Source of the DNA: the human T2T-CHM13v2.0 reference genome, Homo sapiens
Length of the DNA stretch: 64,000 nucleotides
Strand: one strand, 5' to 3'
Assembly (NCBI RefSeq): GCF_009914755.1
Contig: NC_060926.1
Shown: positions 13,491 through 26,551 of the stretch, piece by piece
Layout of the letters: every line of letters starts with the position of its first letter
How positions within the stretch are numbered: position 1 is the stretch's first letter
Position numbers and translations under genes: made by a program
The notes under the pieces: model-generated
Seen by the model: only the letters and a program-made list of their open reading frames with translations
What the model was told of the DNA's origin: nothing
The model's database searches: none

Positions 13491-14257
13491 AATATCAGGC
13501 TGTTTCATCTTCAATGAAAATTTGTTATTTTGTTTAGCCTCTTTCATCAGTGATTTTAGCTAAATCTTCTGGATAACTTGCTACAGATTCTACATCAGTA
13601 CTTGCGGCTTCACATTGCACTTCTATATTATGGATATGGCTTTTCTCCTTAAATGTTATGAACCAAGCTCTGCTAGCTTCGAACTTTTCTTCTGTAGATT
13701 CCTTACCTCTCAGCCTTCACAGAATTAGAGAGTTAGGATCTTACTTTGGATTAGGTTTTAACTAAAGGGCATGTTGTGATTTTAACTTTCTCCATGTCAG
13801 CAATAAGACTGCTTCACTTTCTTATCATTTGTGTTTTCACTGGAGCAGCACTTTTAATTTCCTTTAATAACTTCTCCTTTGCATATACAACTTGGCTAAG
13901 TGGTGCAAGAGGCTTACCATTCAATCTATTTTGGCTTTTAACATGTCTTTCTCACGAAGTTTTTTCATATCTATCTTTTGATTTGAATTGAGAGACATGT
14001 GACTCTTCACTTGAATAATTAGTGGCCATTGTATGGTTATTAATTGGCCTAACTTTAATATTGTTGTGTCTCAGGGAATAAGAAAGCCTGAGGAAAGGGA
14101 GAGGGACAGGAATATGACTGGTCCATGGAACAGTCAACACACACACAACATTTATAATTATACTTTGCTTTCATATATGGGCATAATTCATAGAACCCCA
14201 AAACAACTGCAATAGTAACATGAAAGATCACTAACCACAGATCACCATAATAGATAA

Positions 14258-14866
14258 TGTTGCAGTCTCCTTACTCCTTAGTTCAGCTAAGTTCAAGTTC
14301 TTGTCCTTCGACCAAGAATAATAAGGCACAGGGACACTGGAGAGTGAGAAATGCAGAGTAGGGTTTATTAAGCAAAAGAAGAGCTCTCAGCAGTGAGAGG
14401 GGACCTGAAGACGGTTGCCAGATATGGGGCTGAGTTCTGAGACTTTTATGTGGCAAAGACAGGGAAGTCTTCTGTGGGTCCCACACTAAGGAGAGGGATA
14501 ATGTTCCCCCCTGTGGGTGTTGCGTCTTCACATGCCTGGTGTTGGCTATAGCTACTCCTTCTTGGTTATTACCCTTGAGTGTATAAGTGAAACCCATGTC
14601 AGTGGGGCAAGCTAAAACTATAATGCTAATATCATGTTAATGATATTACAATGATCTGGGTTAAGTCAAGGACATTTAAGTTGACTTATTGTACCTGTGC
14701 CTAGGCCTGGGGCAGTCCCTTCTGAGAAAACATAATGGCATTAGAGGAATTTCTTAACCATATTTATTTCCACTAGCTGCAGGGCAGTGAGGGTGTGGTC
14801 CCGTGGGTGTTTTTCCTCTCCCAAGACTCTATCTGCCTAGTCATCCGCTAACTACCTCCTCTCTTG
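14258..14866 (-). mobile_element. ERV1 (MER4-group, MER84/MER83/MER61-like) solo LTR inserted in Tigger1
   Basis: + strand TGTTGCAG..TTAGTTCAGCTAAG..TTCTTGTC..TTTATT is the reverse of a MER4-group U5/polyA region; 4-bp TSD ATAA at 14254-14257 and 14867-14870; Tigger1 resumes seamlessly. Confidence 0.72.
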
Positions 14867-15664
14867 ATAATAATAATACCATTTGAAATATTATTAGTAT
14901 TATTAAAATATGATGCAGAGACATGAAATGAGCATATGCTATTGGAAAAAATGACACTGATAGGCTTGCTTACTGCAGAGTTGCCACAAATCCACTTTAT
15001 AAAAAGCACTTAGCTGTAAAGCACAATTATGTGAAGCATAACAAAATGAGTAATGTCTATACAACAAAAGCTTTTTTCTCTAATTTTTAATTTTAAGTTT
15101 TCTTTGTTACATAATCATTTACACATATATAAGTGTTTCATGTTACAGAGGAATACTGATTCTCATGTACAGTCTTTGTGGGTGATTTTAACCAAATATT
15201 TTTCTTTAAAGAATTAGGAAAAAGTACCATAGAAATTAACCTCTCAGAAATAATTAACATACAATTACATACATGAGTCAATACAAATGAATTGACAAGG
15301 TGAATTTCTCAATTAAAAAAACAAAGAAGCTTAATATTATAATTAAGAAGAACTCTAATGTGTTTATAACAATATTGTACATAATGGAAAGACACCTGGT
15401 ACAGTGTTACATTTTATCTGCATTGTTATTGAAAATATAGGAAATAACATTAACATATTCCTCTGTATTTCACAAGCAATATTATTGGGATGTAATAGAC
15501 TTTTGTATATATTGTACATTTTCCTTTATAAACCTTGAATATATTTGATTACTCCTCATCTCATTCAATCAGTCATCAAGTTTACTTGATTCTACTAGTG
15601 ATCTATCTTTCCCTAATTCTCTTGCCCAAGTTGCAGTCCTTACTGTATGGTTTCACAGGCGTAA

Positions 15665-16130
15665 CGGCTGAAAGTGGGGTGGTACTATCCCCAACCATTA
15701 TTGTATTGGAATCTATCTCTCCCTTTACTTCTAATAATATTTATATATTTGTGTACTTGGATGTTGGGTGCATGTATATTTACAATTGTTCAATACTTTT
15801 GCTGAATTAACTCATCTATCATTATACAATGACCTTCTTTGTTTATTTTCATGTTTCTTGACTTAAAACTTTGTCTGGTATAAGTATAGCTACTCTTGAA
15901 TGCTTTTTGTTTCCATTTTCATGGAATAGCTTTTATTTTCCCCTCACTGTTAGTTTATATGTGTTTTTCCAGGTGAAATTAATTTTTTTGTAGGCAGCAT
16001 ATAATTGGGTCTTAGTTTAATTTCTTTGTCTTACTCATTTGTGTATCTGCTGTTTCAGTGAGTTTATACTATAGTGTGTTTTTACGATGGTACATATTTT
16101 GCTTCCAGATGTAGGATTCTCTTAAACATT
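15665..16130 (-). mobile_element. L1M fragment (ORF2 start / inter-ORF)
   Basis: GCTGAAAGTGGGGTG..ATTATTGTATTGG..TCTATCTCTCCCTTTA..TCTAATAATATT and TAAGTATAGCTACTC motifs of antisense L1M endonuclease start. Confidence 0.7.
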
Positions 16131-16131
16131 T

Positions 16132-16293
16132 ATTTTAATTTTTTAAATGATGTGGTCTAACTCTTTCACCTAGACTGGAGTGGAGTGGTATGATCACAGC
16201 TTACTGCAGCCTCAAACTTCTGCACTCAAGTAATCTTCCCACTTCAGCCTTCTGACTAGCTGGGACTACAGGTACCCGCCACCATGCCTGGCT
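16132..16293 (-). mobile_element. Old Alu right arm (AluJ/FRAM-like)
   Basis: GATCACAGCTTACTGCAGCCTCAAACTTCT..CTCAAGTAATCTTCCCACTTCAGCC..AGCTGGGACTACAGG diagnostic of AluJ-age monomer. Confidence 0.75.
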
Positions 16294-17430
16294 TCCATAA
16301 GCAGTTTTTTTGTAGAGTCAGCCCATTGATAATTAATTCTTTCAGCACAAATGAGCTCCAGCATTGTCAGTGGCAGGGCAGTTGGACCACTCTCTTGGTC
16401 CTGGGTGGGACATGTGGGAACTGGTGGTATTGGCAATGGTCTGGATGGAACAGTCCCCAGGTCTCCAGGTAAGGCACATGAGGACCAGCGAAATCTGTGA
16501 GCAGGTCCTGGAGCCCTCAGGCAGATCATGCCAATATTCCCTTTTTAAATAAATGCGTAGTCAATGCCTATGACTACAATGTAAAATTACAGCTTTTAGA
16601 TGTGAATTTTTAAGAAATATATGGAAATAAATTTATTGACCCCTTCATTTCTTTATTCACACAACAAAGACCACCATTAGAAGTATGGAAACAATTATAG
16701 GCCCATAATATCTAGTTGCTTTTGGAAAAGTATAACATTGTAGTAAGGAGTGTATGTAACTTGGTGCCCAATAAAGTCATATAAAAATAATTTGAATTAT
16801 CCCAGCCACTTCTATATGAAAGCAAATAACCTTGAACAAGTTTTCACTATTGTTGGGGCAAAAGTTCTTTTGATATTTTTTCTTCTTAAGTCAGGAGGAG
16901 GTCAATTCTATTAGATTAATACTTTGATAAAGAGACATAATTCACATTATTTTTAAAGCTGAGAGCCAGTTAATCTGGAAGGTATGTGTGAATTTGCCTG
17001 AGAGTTAAGAAGCTTCTTTTGAGGAAAATGGACTAGCTTTTGAATCTTGTTTTGTTAAGATAATTATTAATAGAAATGTATTGTGGTTCAATGATGGGAT
17101 GAAGAATCACTCATAAGAAAGCTCGTGGAGGTTAACAAAAGGTAATTTATGATAAAGGAAGATGGGTGTCAGAGTTTCTTCAGTGACAGCTGATGTCCAA
17201 AAAGCAGGTGGCTGAAGCTGGGAGCCTGTCCAGTTCTAGCTACCTTAGCAAGAATTGGACACGGGAAATAATTGCTGAATATTTTCATATAAACTTCAAG
17301 AGTCCAAAGCACTGAAACCTCTGTATTTTCAACATCATTTCCACAATATATAAATATTTTGAAGACAGACAAATATTTTTACCAATATTTTACCATATTT
17401 TTGTTTGGTCCAATTACCAAATATTTTACC

Positions 17431-18193
17431 AATACTGAGAAATGTAGTATTCCTTAAATAGACCTTTTTCATGTTCTTTTATTGAATGTTTCTAACTCTA
17501 CATATTTCTGTTTGTTTCTTGGCTCAGTAAATCTTTACCATATAACTGAATCACCTGGGTTACAGATACCTAACAGCTTAAAACCTATTAATAGACTAGT
17601 CATTGATTATGGCTCTCTTAAGAGACAGAGGAGTTGACCATAGCTAATAAGAAAGGTAATTTTAAGGGAGTCTATAACCTTAGCTTGAGTGACTTGTTTT
17701 TAAAAATAATCTGCTTTTTTACTGTTTTATTCAATCAATCAAACTAGTTTATGCCAATAAATTTTACCAAAGGAAAATAATTAGTACTTGATTAACCAAT
17801 AAGGCAATAATAGATGTCTTCATACATGTAATAGAAGTATCTCACTATATGGCTAATTCTAACCTGAACAACAATTCACTGTATTAGATGAAAAATATTG
17901 CTGATAAAATGGAGTATCTGAGAGTTAAAGAAAGATCAATAATACTGAGAAATGTAGTATTCCTAAAATAGACCTTTTTCATGTTCCTTTATTAACTGTT
18001 TCTAAGTCTACATTTTTTTGTTTGTTTCTTGGCTCAGTAAATCTTTAACGTATGACTTAATCACCTGGGTTATAGATACCTAAGAACTTAAAATCTATTA
18101 ATAGACTAGTAGTTGATTATGGCTCTCTTAGGAGACAGAGGAGATGAACACAGCTAATAGGAAAGGTACTTTGGAGGTAGTCTATAACCTTAG
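17431..18193. repeat. 253-bp direct duplication (17431-17683 and 17941-18193)
   Basis: Ungapped alignment from AATACTGAGAAATGTAG to TCTATAACCTTAG, 26 mismatches by manual count (~90% identity), offset 510 bp. Confidence 0.93.
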
Positions 18194-18669
18194 GTAATAA
18201 AATTGATAAAAATTCCATCAATGTTTAATATTAATGGTTCTTGAAAGATTATTGTAGCACAGAAAGCTGGCTCTTCAAGATTTCTTTGGTTTTGCCTGTG
18301 AAGTATCCTAAATAACACATAAGGTAAACTTTATTAACTCAACATATAAGGAACAAACAGGGATTATCTGACATATTTTATTAAAAATAAAGTACTACAT
18401 ACTGCATATAGTCACTTGGAAAATTTTCATTGCATTGAATTACGTCTATTTTTTAACTGCACCAGTACTGTTTTTAAAGTGTAATACATGAATGAAAAGA
18501 TGCTATTTAAAATGCATGGTTGTGGTCTCTCATAGTTTTTGTTGTTTTTGGTTTGTTTGTTTTTGTAAATAGACGAGGAAGAAAATATGATTGGATGTCT
18601 TTCTAATTAGTCACATGAAAAATGTTAGAAAAAAACTCAATTTTAAATGTAGAGAAATTTAACATATTA

Positions 18670-18980
<311 letters not shown>

Positions 18981-20543
18981 TAAGAATTAGATTTTTTTAA
19001 ATACATATTTTCAAAGGTTTCTAAATACTATCATTCAAACCCCTGCATGAATTTACCACATGTGTTTAAGATTTATGACTTAGATATTTCAAAATTTTGG
19101 TGAAGAATCAAAGCAGATTGCTTATTTCACAAAACTCTAACTCCTAGGGTAAAGTGGTTGACCCGATAAGATGAAAATTCATTCCATTTTTTACCCTAGG
19201 GGGAAGGATCTAGCCACTGAGAGACAAGAATCCTTAGAAGGCTAAAATGAGTTTTTCTACTTTTTTATACGCGTTTAAAATTGTAAAATAAGCATGAATG
19301 AATGATAAATAAAAATTTTTATTTAATTACTATTCAAATCTATAATTTAAATTTAATTTCATTAACTCTAATTTGATTAAGTCAAGTTTAATAAAATGTT
19401 CATGGTTTTTATTTAATTACTATTAATCCTTATTGATTTTTTTTTTACCATATATTCTAAAATTTGGGGAGTTACACTTAGTTTGGTAGGAATAAAATGT
19501 CCCCTATTGCCCACCAATCTAGATGCCCATGTACAGGCTATGCCTTGAGTTACCATATCCGCTGGTCGCATTTTTCTACCACAATACACTGCTTTTGTAA
19601 AGACTTTATCATTATTATATTGAAAAAATTTTAAAAGCAAAAGTTCAACACATAATATTATAAAGAAATTAGTGTGGCTACCATCCTGAAGTAACAATGT
19701 TAATCTGAAGTAATTTTTGCATAAGAACATATCATAAAGTAAAATAGAATTAAAGATAAATTGAGATTTATTTTTTTTTCCGCAGTACAATTTCCTTTTC
19801 CTAAGAAACTTCCATAATTGACATGTATTTTTCTATTTTAATTTTTATATTCTCTCTCTCTCACACACACACACATATTTGTAGCCATTTATGCATATAT
19901 ATGTAGTTTATGGAGACATATAAATTTATGTGACATGCATTGACAAATATATGTTTGCTAGGTACATTTAACATATATTCTATGAATACACATATGTATA
20001 TATGCAACCATAAATAATTGTTAGACTGTTTTTTTAAAAAAATTATATAAATTATATCAAATTGTGCACATCATTTCTCAACTTACCTTTTGTTTTGGAA
20101 ATCTATCTAGGTTTATACATAAAGATCTAGCTAATTATTTTTAATTACCACATAATATTTTGCCACAGTAATATTCAATAATTTTTTTATTTCCTTATTA
20201 ATGGAGAGTTATATTAGTCATATTTTTTAAATTCTTATAAACAATAATTCAGGTCCTTGCATATGTTCCCTGAAAAAGAGCATATATTTCTGTTTCACAG
20301 TCTTCAGTTTCTTCAGTACATTTTATACATTATTCCATAAATTATAAGTCCAGCTCACCCATTATGATACTTTTGAGCTTCTTTCCTTGTTAGGCTCCCA
20401 GAATGCTGTCTGGCAGAATGAGGCAGGAGAATTGTAAAATTTCTCTAATTCTTACTTGCCCATGATAAAGGAATTAAGAGAATAGTGCAATTTTTAGTTT
20501 TCCAATTTAATGACCAAGTTATATCATTTTCTCTGATGGTAAG

Positions 20544-21000
20544 TGTGAGAAACACATTCACCTGTCTGAACCCAAAGAATGGACTTGGAGACATGAATAA
20601 CAGTGGAAGCGAGACTTTTAATGGCAGTCTTGCAAGATTGGGTATCTGGTAGGCATGCACACCTGGGGCAGTTACAACAGGTAATTTATCTCCTAGCATG
20701 CAAGTCCCTCCCTCAGTTCCTTATTCGTTGAGTGTATGGGGTTACAATCTTCCAGGACATCGTCTAACTTTTATTATCCCCCTTATAAGGTTATACCCCA
20801 GTCCCTTTCCCCACTTAAGTTTTATTTCCCAATAAAAAAACTTACTTCCCTTTTGTGGGCTGACCCCTCCTCTACATTCTGTTCACCTTTCATAACTTTC
20901 TAGGTGCACAGGGCATGCAGTTTGTCACATCTGCAGGCTGACTGCCAGTAGTTAGATTGATCATACCTTGAAAATGGACTATTTAAAATATTTTCTTACA
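20544..21000 (-). mobile_element. 3' LTR of provirus
   Basis: Direct repeat of 28507-28966; termini TGTGAGAAA...TTTCTTACA (terminal inverted repeat); adjacent PPT. Confidence 0.93.
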
Positions 21001-21018
21001 AATTTCCTCCTCTTTTCT
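21001..21018 (-). other. Polypurine tract
   Basis: Minus strand AGAAAAGAGGAGGAAATT immediately upstream of 3' LTR. Confidence 0.85.
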
Positions 21019-21029
21019 ATTTACTTCCT

Positions 21030-23028
21030 TTGGTCTAATTTTCATCTAAACCCTTTCGGTCTTTGAATTGCTCTGGGAGTAGTTTACTTTCTTTCTCCTA
21101 GAAGAGTGAATTTAATTAGGTTTCTAATAGGTTATTTTACTGGTAAGTCATGGGCATTTGTTTATTAATAGTTGTTTCAATTAATCTCTGTGCTAGTAAT
21201 CTCACACAAGAGATAATACCACATCCCACTGATGTTATGACTACTGCCACAATTATGAGGGATGTAAAGATTGAAGCTATTATGTCTTTTCATTTTCCAA
21301 ACCAACCTTCTAGCCAACCCGTAAATGGGTCATCAATTCCAGCATTTCCTGCCAGTTCGTTGGCTAGAGTTGTCAGTCCTTGTAATGCTTTTGTGATGGT
21401 CCCATCTGGAGCAGTATAGCTGGGAATATGAAAGTGCAACATTTTTTACCCAGCATAACACATATGCCCCGTTTTTCTGCTAGTATTATGTCTAGCACAA
21501 GCCTGTTTTCCCAGGCCATTTGGCTGGTGGCATCTAACTGACTAGCCACCTTTTCCAGGAAATCCCGAGTATAATTGATGAATCTCTGTTGATTATAATA
21601 GATGTAGTAAATCCAATCCACATTCTTATTAATAGTTGACCACCAGAAGAGTGCTGACTCAAACCCAGCAGCTATTTGCTTTCAGGCCTTAAATTTATTA
21701 GGCATTCCCCTAGGGACGCCTATTGAGTTAACATGTATATTGGAATCAAAAGAATTTGTCAAATCTCTTTGGTTTTTATGACCATGTGTATTTTCATGTA
21801 TCTTATGGAATGCCAGGATGAAGGCAATGGTCATTTGGACTAAAGCCCAAGTCCTGGTTCAATTGAATGGCAACAGGTTATGGAGGTTTATTTTCCCACA
21901 ATACCACCAGACATCAGTCTGGGGTATATGGAGAGCTGAGTAATTGCCATTGCCTGGCTCACTAGTGACATTTAGGATGTGGGTACAAGTCAAGAGTTCT
22001 CTCATGGGCTTATTGAACTCTGCCCCCTGCTTAGAGAGGCAAGAGAAGAGGTTCATATTCCCTGTAGAGAATGAGGGCATTGCTCTGGGGTCTGATCTCT
22101 GCAATGTGGGAAAGAGCGATGACGTACTCTTACAAGTCTGGTTTCCCCATGCATCCTTGTCCTGGTATAGTGCCAATATGCAACACATTCCTTCAGGATT
22201 GGTATCCCATCCTAGGGGAAATGGAACCATCTGTGCTGAGGTCATCCCCAGCACACGTGTACCAGTTACTCTTGTTTAGGGATTGTACTGAAAATTTGAC
22301 CCATTCGACCCAGGCATTCACATCTCTGTACCCTGTCTCAATTTCTAAGGGTTGCCTTAAATCCTTTACCTCAATCGTTTTTAGTCTTGAAGGGTCATTA
22401 TTTGGTGGACCAAATTGTTTACTAGGGTCTGGGGTTGGAGTAGTCCCAGGAAGATGGGAGGTTGTGTTCTTGATTACTTTGAGAACAAATTACCCTAGTG
22501 GGGGGGTGGATCTTTCCCTGTGAGGTCTGCCCCTAACCCATATACCCAAGATGCTACTTTTGGTTCTTGGTCTAGAACGGTTAGATCATCAATGGTGATG
22601 AGTAGAGGACTGCATTCTAAATTCTGGCAGTTATGTGGTGGGGAGCCCTTGGACAGATGTAGTTTATTCTTCAAGGGTCTCCAGCTTGGAATTACCCACC
22701 CCATGTTTACTGTCCAACCCTGAAATTGAGTAGTCCACCATACGTCATCCCAGCTGGGGCAGGGTGATGCCCTACAGTAACTTGTATCTGGTTCAGGGCA
22801 AAGATATTTATCCACCTGTGAGAGTTGTCTCTGATTTTCCAGATTTGCACAAGGTAAGACCTGGCAGGCATCACATCTTATAATCTGGAGTGCTACCATC
22901 TTGGTTACATTAATTACCAACCTGACTGGGTAGGGAGGAGTCCCCCACCAGTTTCCATTTTGACCTTCTGCTCTTTGTATAGTAGCATATCCTAGCCATA
23001 TTAACTTCCAGAAATGGGACCAGCCCAT
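21030..23028 (-). pseudogene. env: ERV env (SU/TM), disrupted
   Basis: Signal peptide MGWSHFWKLIWLG.. (ORF 22495-23028); TM with IAAGFESALFWWSTINKNVDWIYYIYYNQQRFINYTRD, ISU-like WENRLVLDIILAEKRGIC, CX6CC (CVMLGKKCC), hydrophobic anchor; frameshifts and stops (e.g. TGA at 21682-21684). Confidence 0.9.
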
Positions 23029-23054
23029 GTTTTCTTTTTAGATTTTTCTCAGAA

Positions 23055-26000
23055 TTAACTTAAGAGTTCCTTAGGTGACCCATGCACTTTCCACTGGTCT
23101 TTTTTCCTCCCTCCCGGGGTCTGTTTTATCAGTTCCTTGACTCGAGTATAGTGAATCCATCCCTGTTCAGCTGTTTGGACGGCCACCTCAGTGGTCAGGG
23201 GCATTTGATAGGAACCTTCCCAGCTTGGGTGGAGCTCATCCTCTTTCCATGTCTTAATCAGCACCAAGTCACCAGGCTGGAAGTGGTGAACTGTGAACTG
23301 AAGAGTCAGAGTTTGAGTCAGAAGTCCTTTTAATCTAATGGATAATAGGGTGGAGGACATGACAAGTATATAATTTCTTAAGAAATGATCCTTGGTTTCC
23401 ACAGTAGGGAGATTTCTAGCTCTGCCCAAATATGATAGCCCACATAATAACTCATAGTGGGACAATCCCCAGTCTTTTCTTAGGGCTGTCCTAATCCAAA
23501 GGAGTGCTATTGGGAAAAATTTGGCCCAAGGCATTTTAGTTTCTAAGATTAGTTTGGTGAGATGCTTTTTGAGAATGATTCATTCTTTCTACATTTCCAG
23601 AGGAAGGATGATTCCAAAGGGTGTAATAATCACATCTAACTTGTAAATCTTCCATAATTCCCCTTAACACCCTTGAGATAAAGTGGCTCCCATTGTCTGA
23701 ATCAATATTTTCCACCAGGTCAAATCTAGGTACATTCTGTTTTAATATTATTTTGTCCACCTTCCCAGTGGTGGCTGTTGGAAGGGAAAGGCTTCCACCC
23801 AGTTGGAAAGGTGATCTATGATCACCAGTAAATACATTAGTCTCCCTCCTTTGGGCTGTTCTGTGAAATCCACTTGAATACTTTGAAATGGTCTTAGTCT
23901 GGGAGGTCTTCCTCCTGTGGCCTGTTTTCTAATCACCTTTTTGTTTATTCTTTGACGAGTTACACAACTTCCACATACATGTTTAGCAAGGGTATAAATC
24001 CCTATACAGCCATAATTCCTAAGTATTGCATCACACAGAGCCTGGGATCCCCAGTGACTTCCTTTGTGTAATATAGAAATTAGTTCTCTCATCAGGGATT
24101 TACTTATCATTTCTCTCCCATCAGGAAGTACCCACTTCCCATCTTCAGTTTGAGTGACCCCTATCCTGTCTAATTCTTCCTTCTCCTCTCTGGTAAACTG
24201 GGGCCTTAATACTACCTTAGAGATGTTTGGGATCAGGCTAATTAGTCTAATTTCTTTCTGCAGGGAGGCTTGCTTAGCAGCTTCATCTGCAAGTCTGTTT
24301 CCTACAGCTTCTATAGTTTTCCCTTTCTTATGACCATTTACATAAACTATGGCTACCTCTCCTGGAAGCAGGAGGCTTTCTAAAAGCTGTTTGACCAGTT
24401 CCTTGTGTACCAATTATTTTCCCCTGCTATTTATTAGGCCCTGCTCTGTTCCAGTTTTTCCAAAAGTATGCACCACCCCATAGGCATATTTAGAATCAGT
24501 ATATATTATACCTTCCTGGCCTTCAAGGAGTTTTAGGGCCTGGCTAAGAGCATATAATTCACAGTTCTGGACCGACCAGCCATTAGGTAATCTACCTTTC
24601 TCACATAAGGATTGTTTATTTCCATAAATGACAGCATAATAATTATGTCTTTTGCCATGTATCACTCAGGATGACCCATCTACAAACAGCCTTATCCTAT
24701 CATGCAGTGGAGCTTCCCTAAGGTTGTTCTAACTTTGGTTTGGTATTCTATGATATCCAAGCAGTTATGATCTAATAATGTCTTTGTTCTCCTCTCCTTT
24801 CCATAGGAAACTGGCGGGATTCAGGCAAGTATTTGTTGTTATGACCAAACCATCTTTTTCTAGTAATGTGGCTTAATATTTTGGAATCCAAGAATCCATT
24901 AACCATCTCCCAGGTTTTTGATTTAATATATTCCTGACCTGGTGTGCGGTGCTTACTATTAGGGCCCCACCAAAGGTTAGCTTTCAACTCTCCTCTACCA
25001 GCGGGGTTGTAGCAGCTAATGCTTGCACACATTTGGGCCATCCTTGAGAGACAGGATCAAGAAGCTTGGAGACAAAAGCAACTGGTTGCCTCTTCCCCTC
25101 CAGGTTTGAGTGAGCACCCCAAGGACCACACCCTGGTCTACTGTTACACACAGATGGAATGGTTTCTCTAAAGGTGGGAGGGACAGGACTGGGGCTATAA
25201 TGAGGGCCTGCTTTAGCTCTTTCACTGCCTGAATTTCCTCTTGGGGCCATTGCAAGGGATCAAGTTCCTCTTCTTGTAACTTGAGATACAGAATCTTTGT
25301 CTTTTGAGCATATGAGCCAATCCATAACCTACAGTAGCCAGTTAAACCTAAACATTTTTGGAGTTCTCTCTTTGTCTTAGGCAATGGCAGACCCACTATT
25401 TCCGATATTCCCTCTGGGCTTATTCTCTGCTTCCCTTCACTAATAAGGTGTCTTAAATATTTAACTTCTTTTTCTACAAACTGCAATTTGTTCTTAGAGA
25501 CCCACAATCCCCTTTCACCTAGGAAAATAAACAAGCTTATGGTGGTTTCTGATACCTTGGCCTTCCTCGTCCCAGAAATTAAAAGATCATCTACATATTG
25601 TAACAACTGGGTTTCCCTGGAAGGTTGGAATACCTCCAGGACTTTTTCTAATATTTGACCAAATACGTTTGGGGCTTCCATGAAGCCTTGTGGCAGCATA
25701 GTCAAGTGGTACTGTTGTTTTCTCCCAGTTATAAGATTTTCCCATTCGAAGTCTTAGAGGCCCATAATCCTAAAGTCTAGGAGATATGCCCAGAATGCAT
25801 ATTTTAGTTCCACCACACAGAACCACTTATGTTCATAGGGTATCTTACTAAGGAGGGTGTAGGGGTTAGGCACCACAGGGTGGTGGGTCTGAACGATTTG
25901 GTGTATAGCCCTTAGATCTTACACTAATCTATATGAACTAGCACAGGCTTTTTGACTGGGAGAATTGGAGTATTGTATGGTGACATGCAGGGTTCTAATA

Positions 26001-26551
26001 GTCCATCTTTAATAAATCCCTCTATTACCTGTTGGAGATATTTTCTCCCTTAAATAGAAATAGAATATTGTTTTCTGCAAGCTATTTCTCCTGGTTGTTT
26101 TAGTTCAATCTGTAAGTGTGTGATTTTTAACTCTCCCCTGTTGCCTTCCCTAACCCACACAAGGGAATTAATTTTTCTTTCCTCCTTCTGTGTTAAGGGC
26201 CATCATCACTTGTATTTGTCCTTCCTCTATTCCTAATCCTAAACCCAATCTCACAATCAAGTCTCCACCAAGGAGGTTAGTTCCTGCTTCAGGAATATAT
26301 AAGAGTGACATCTCAATTTGTTCTGATGTCAACCTAATTACCATTTTTTGAATATCAGAATGTGAAATCCCTTTTACTCCTGATACTGCCAATTTTTCCT
26401 TAGAGAGTTCTGTACCCCTTGGTTGGTGAATTAGGGAGGTGTGAGCCACCTCAATATCAACCAAAAATGTCACTTCTTCTCCCTTAGGTCCCACCTTCAA
26501 ATTTATCAAAGATTCCTGGTGGGACCTGCTTAGAAGAAACCCCTGACCATA
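23055..26551 (-). pseudogene. pol: ERV pro-pol (protease, RT, RNase H, integrase), disrupted
   Basis: Protease FLVDIEVA (decayed DTG) and NLLGGD; RT LPQG and LLQYVDDLL (ORF 25016-25705); RNase H IYTDSKYAYG and GNRLADEAAK; integrase IQVDFTE, IDSDNGSHF, SSGNVERMN, WEGSY. Confidence 0.93.

Larger units (their letters stand above)
10923..15059 (-). mobile_element. Tigger1 DNA transposon in three pieces (10923-11097, 13496-14257, 14867-15059)
   Basis: TIR-like ends TAGGCATACTTC.. and ..GAGTAATGTCTA each flanked by TA; internal pieces match Tigger1 (CCAGACCACC..AATAAA, CTAAATCTTCTGGATAACTTGCT, GAACCAAGCTCTGCTAGCTT, AAAGATCACT..CACAGATCACCATAA). Confidence 0.85.

Noticed and set aside
19316-19424. 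19-bp direct repeat TTTTTATTTAATTACTATT 90 bp apart
   Set aside because: Short and within very AT-rich low-complexity DNA; no further structure.
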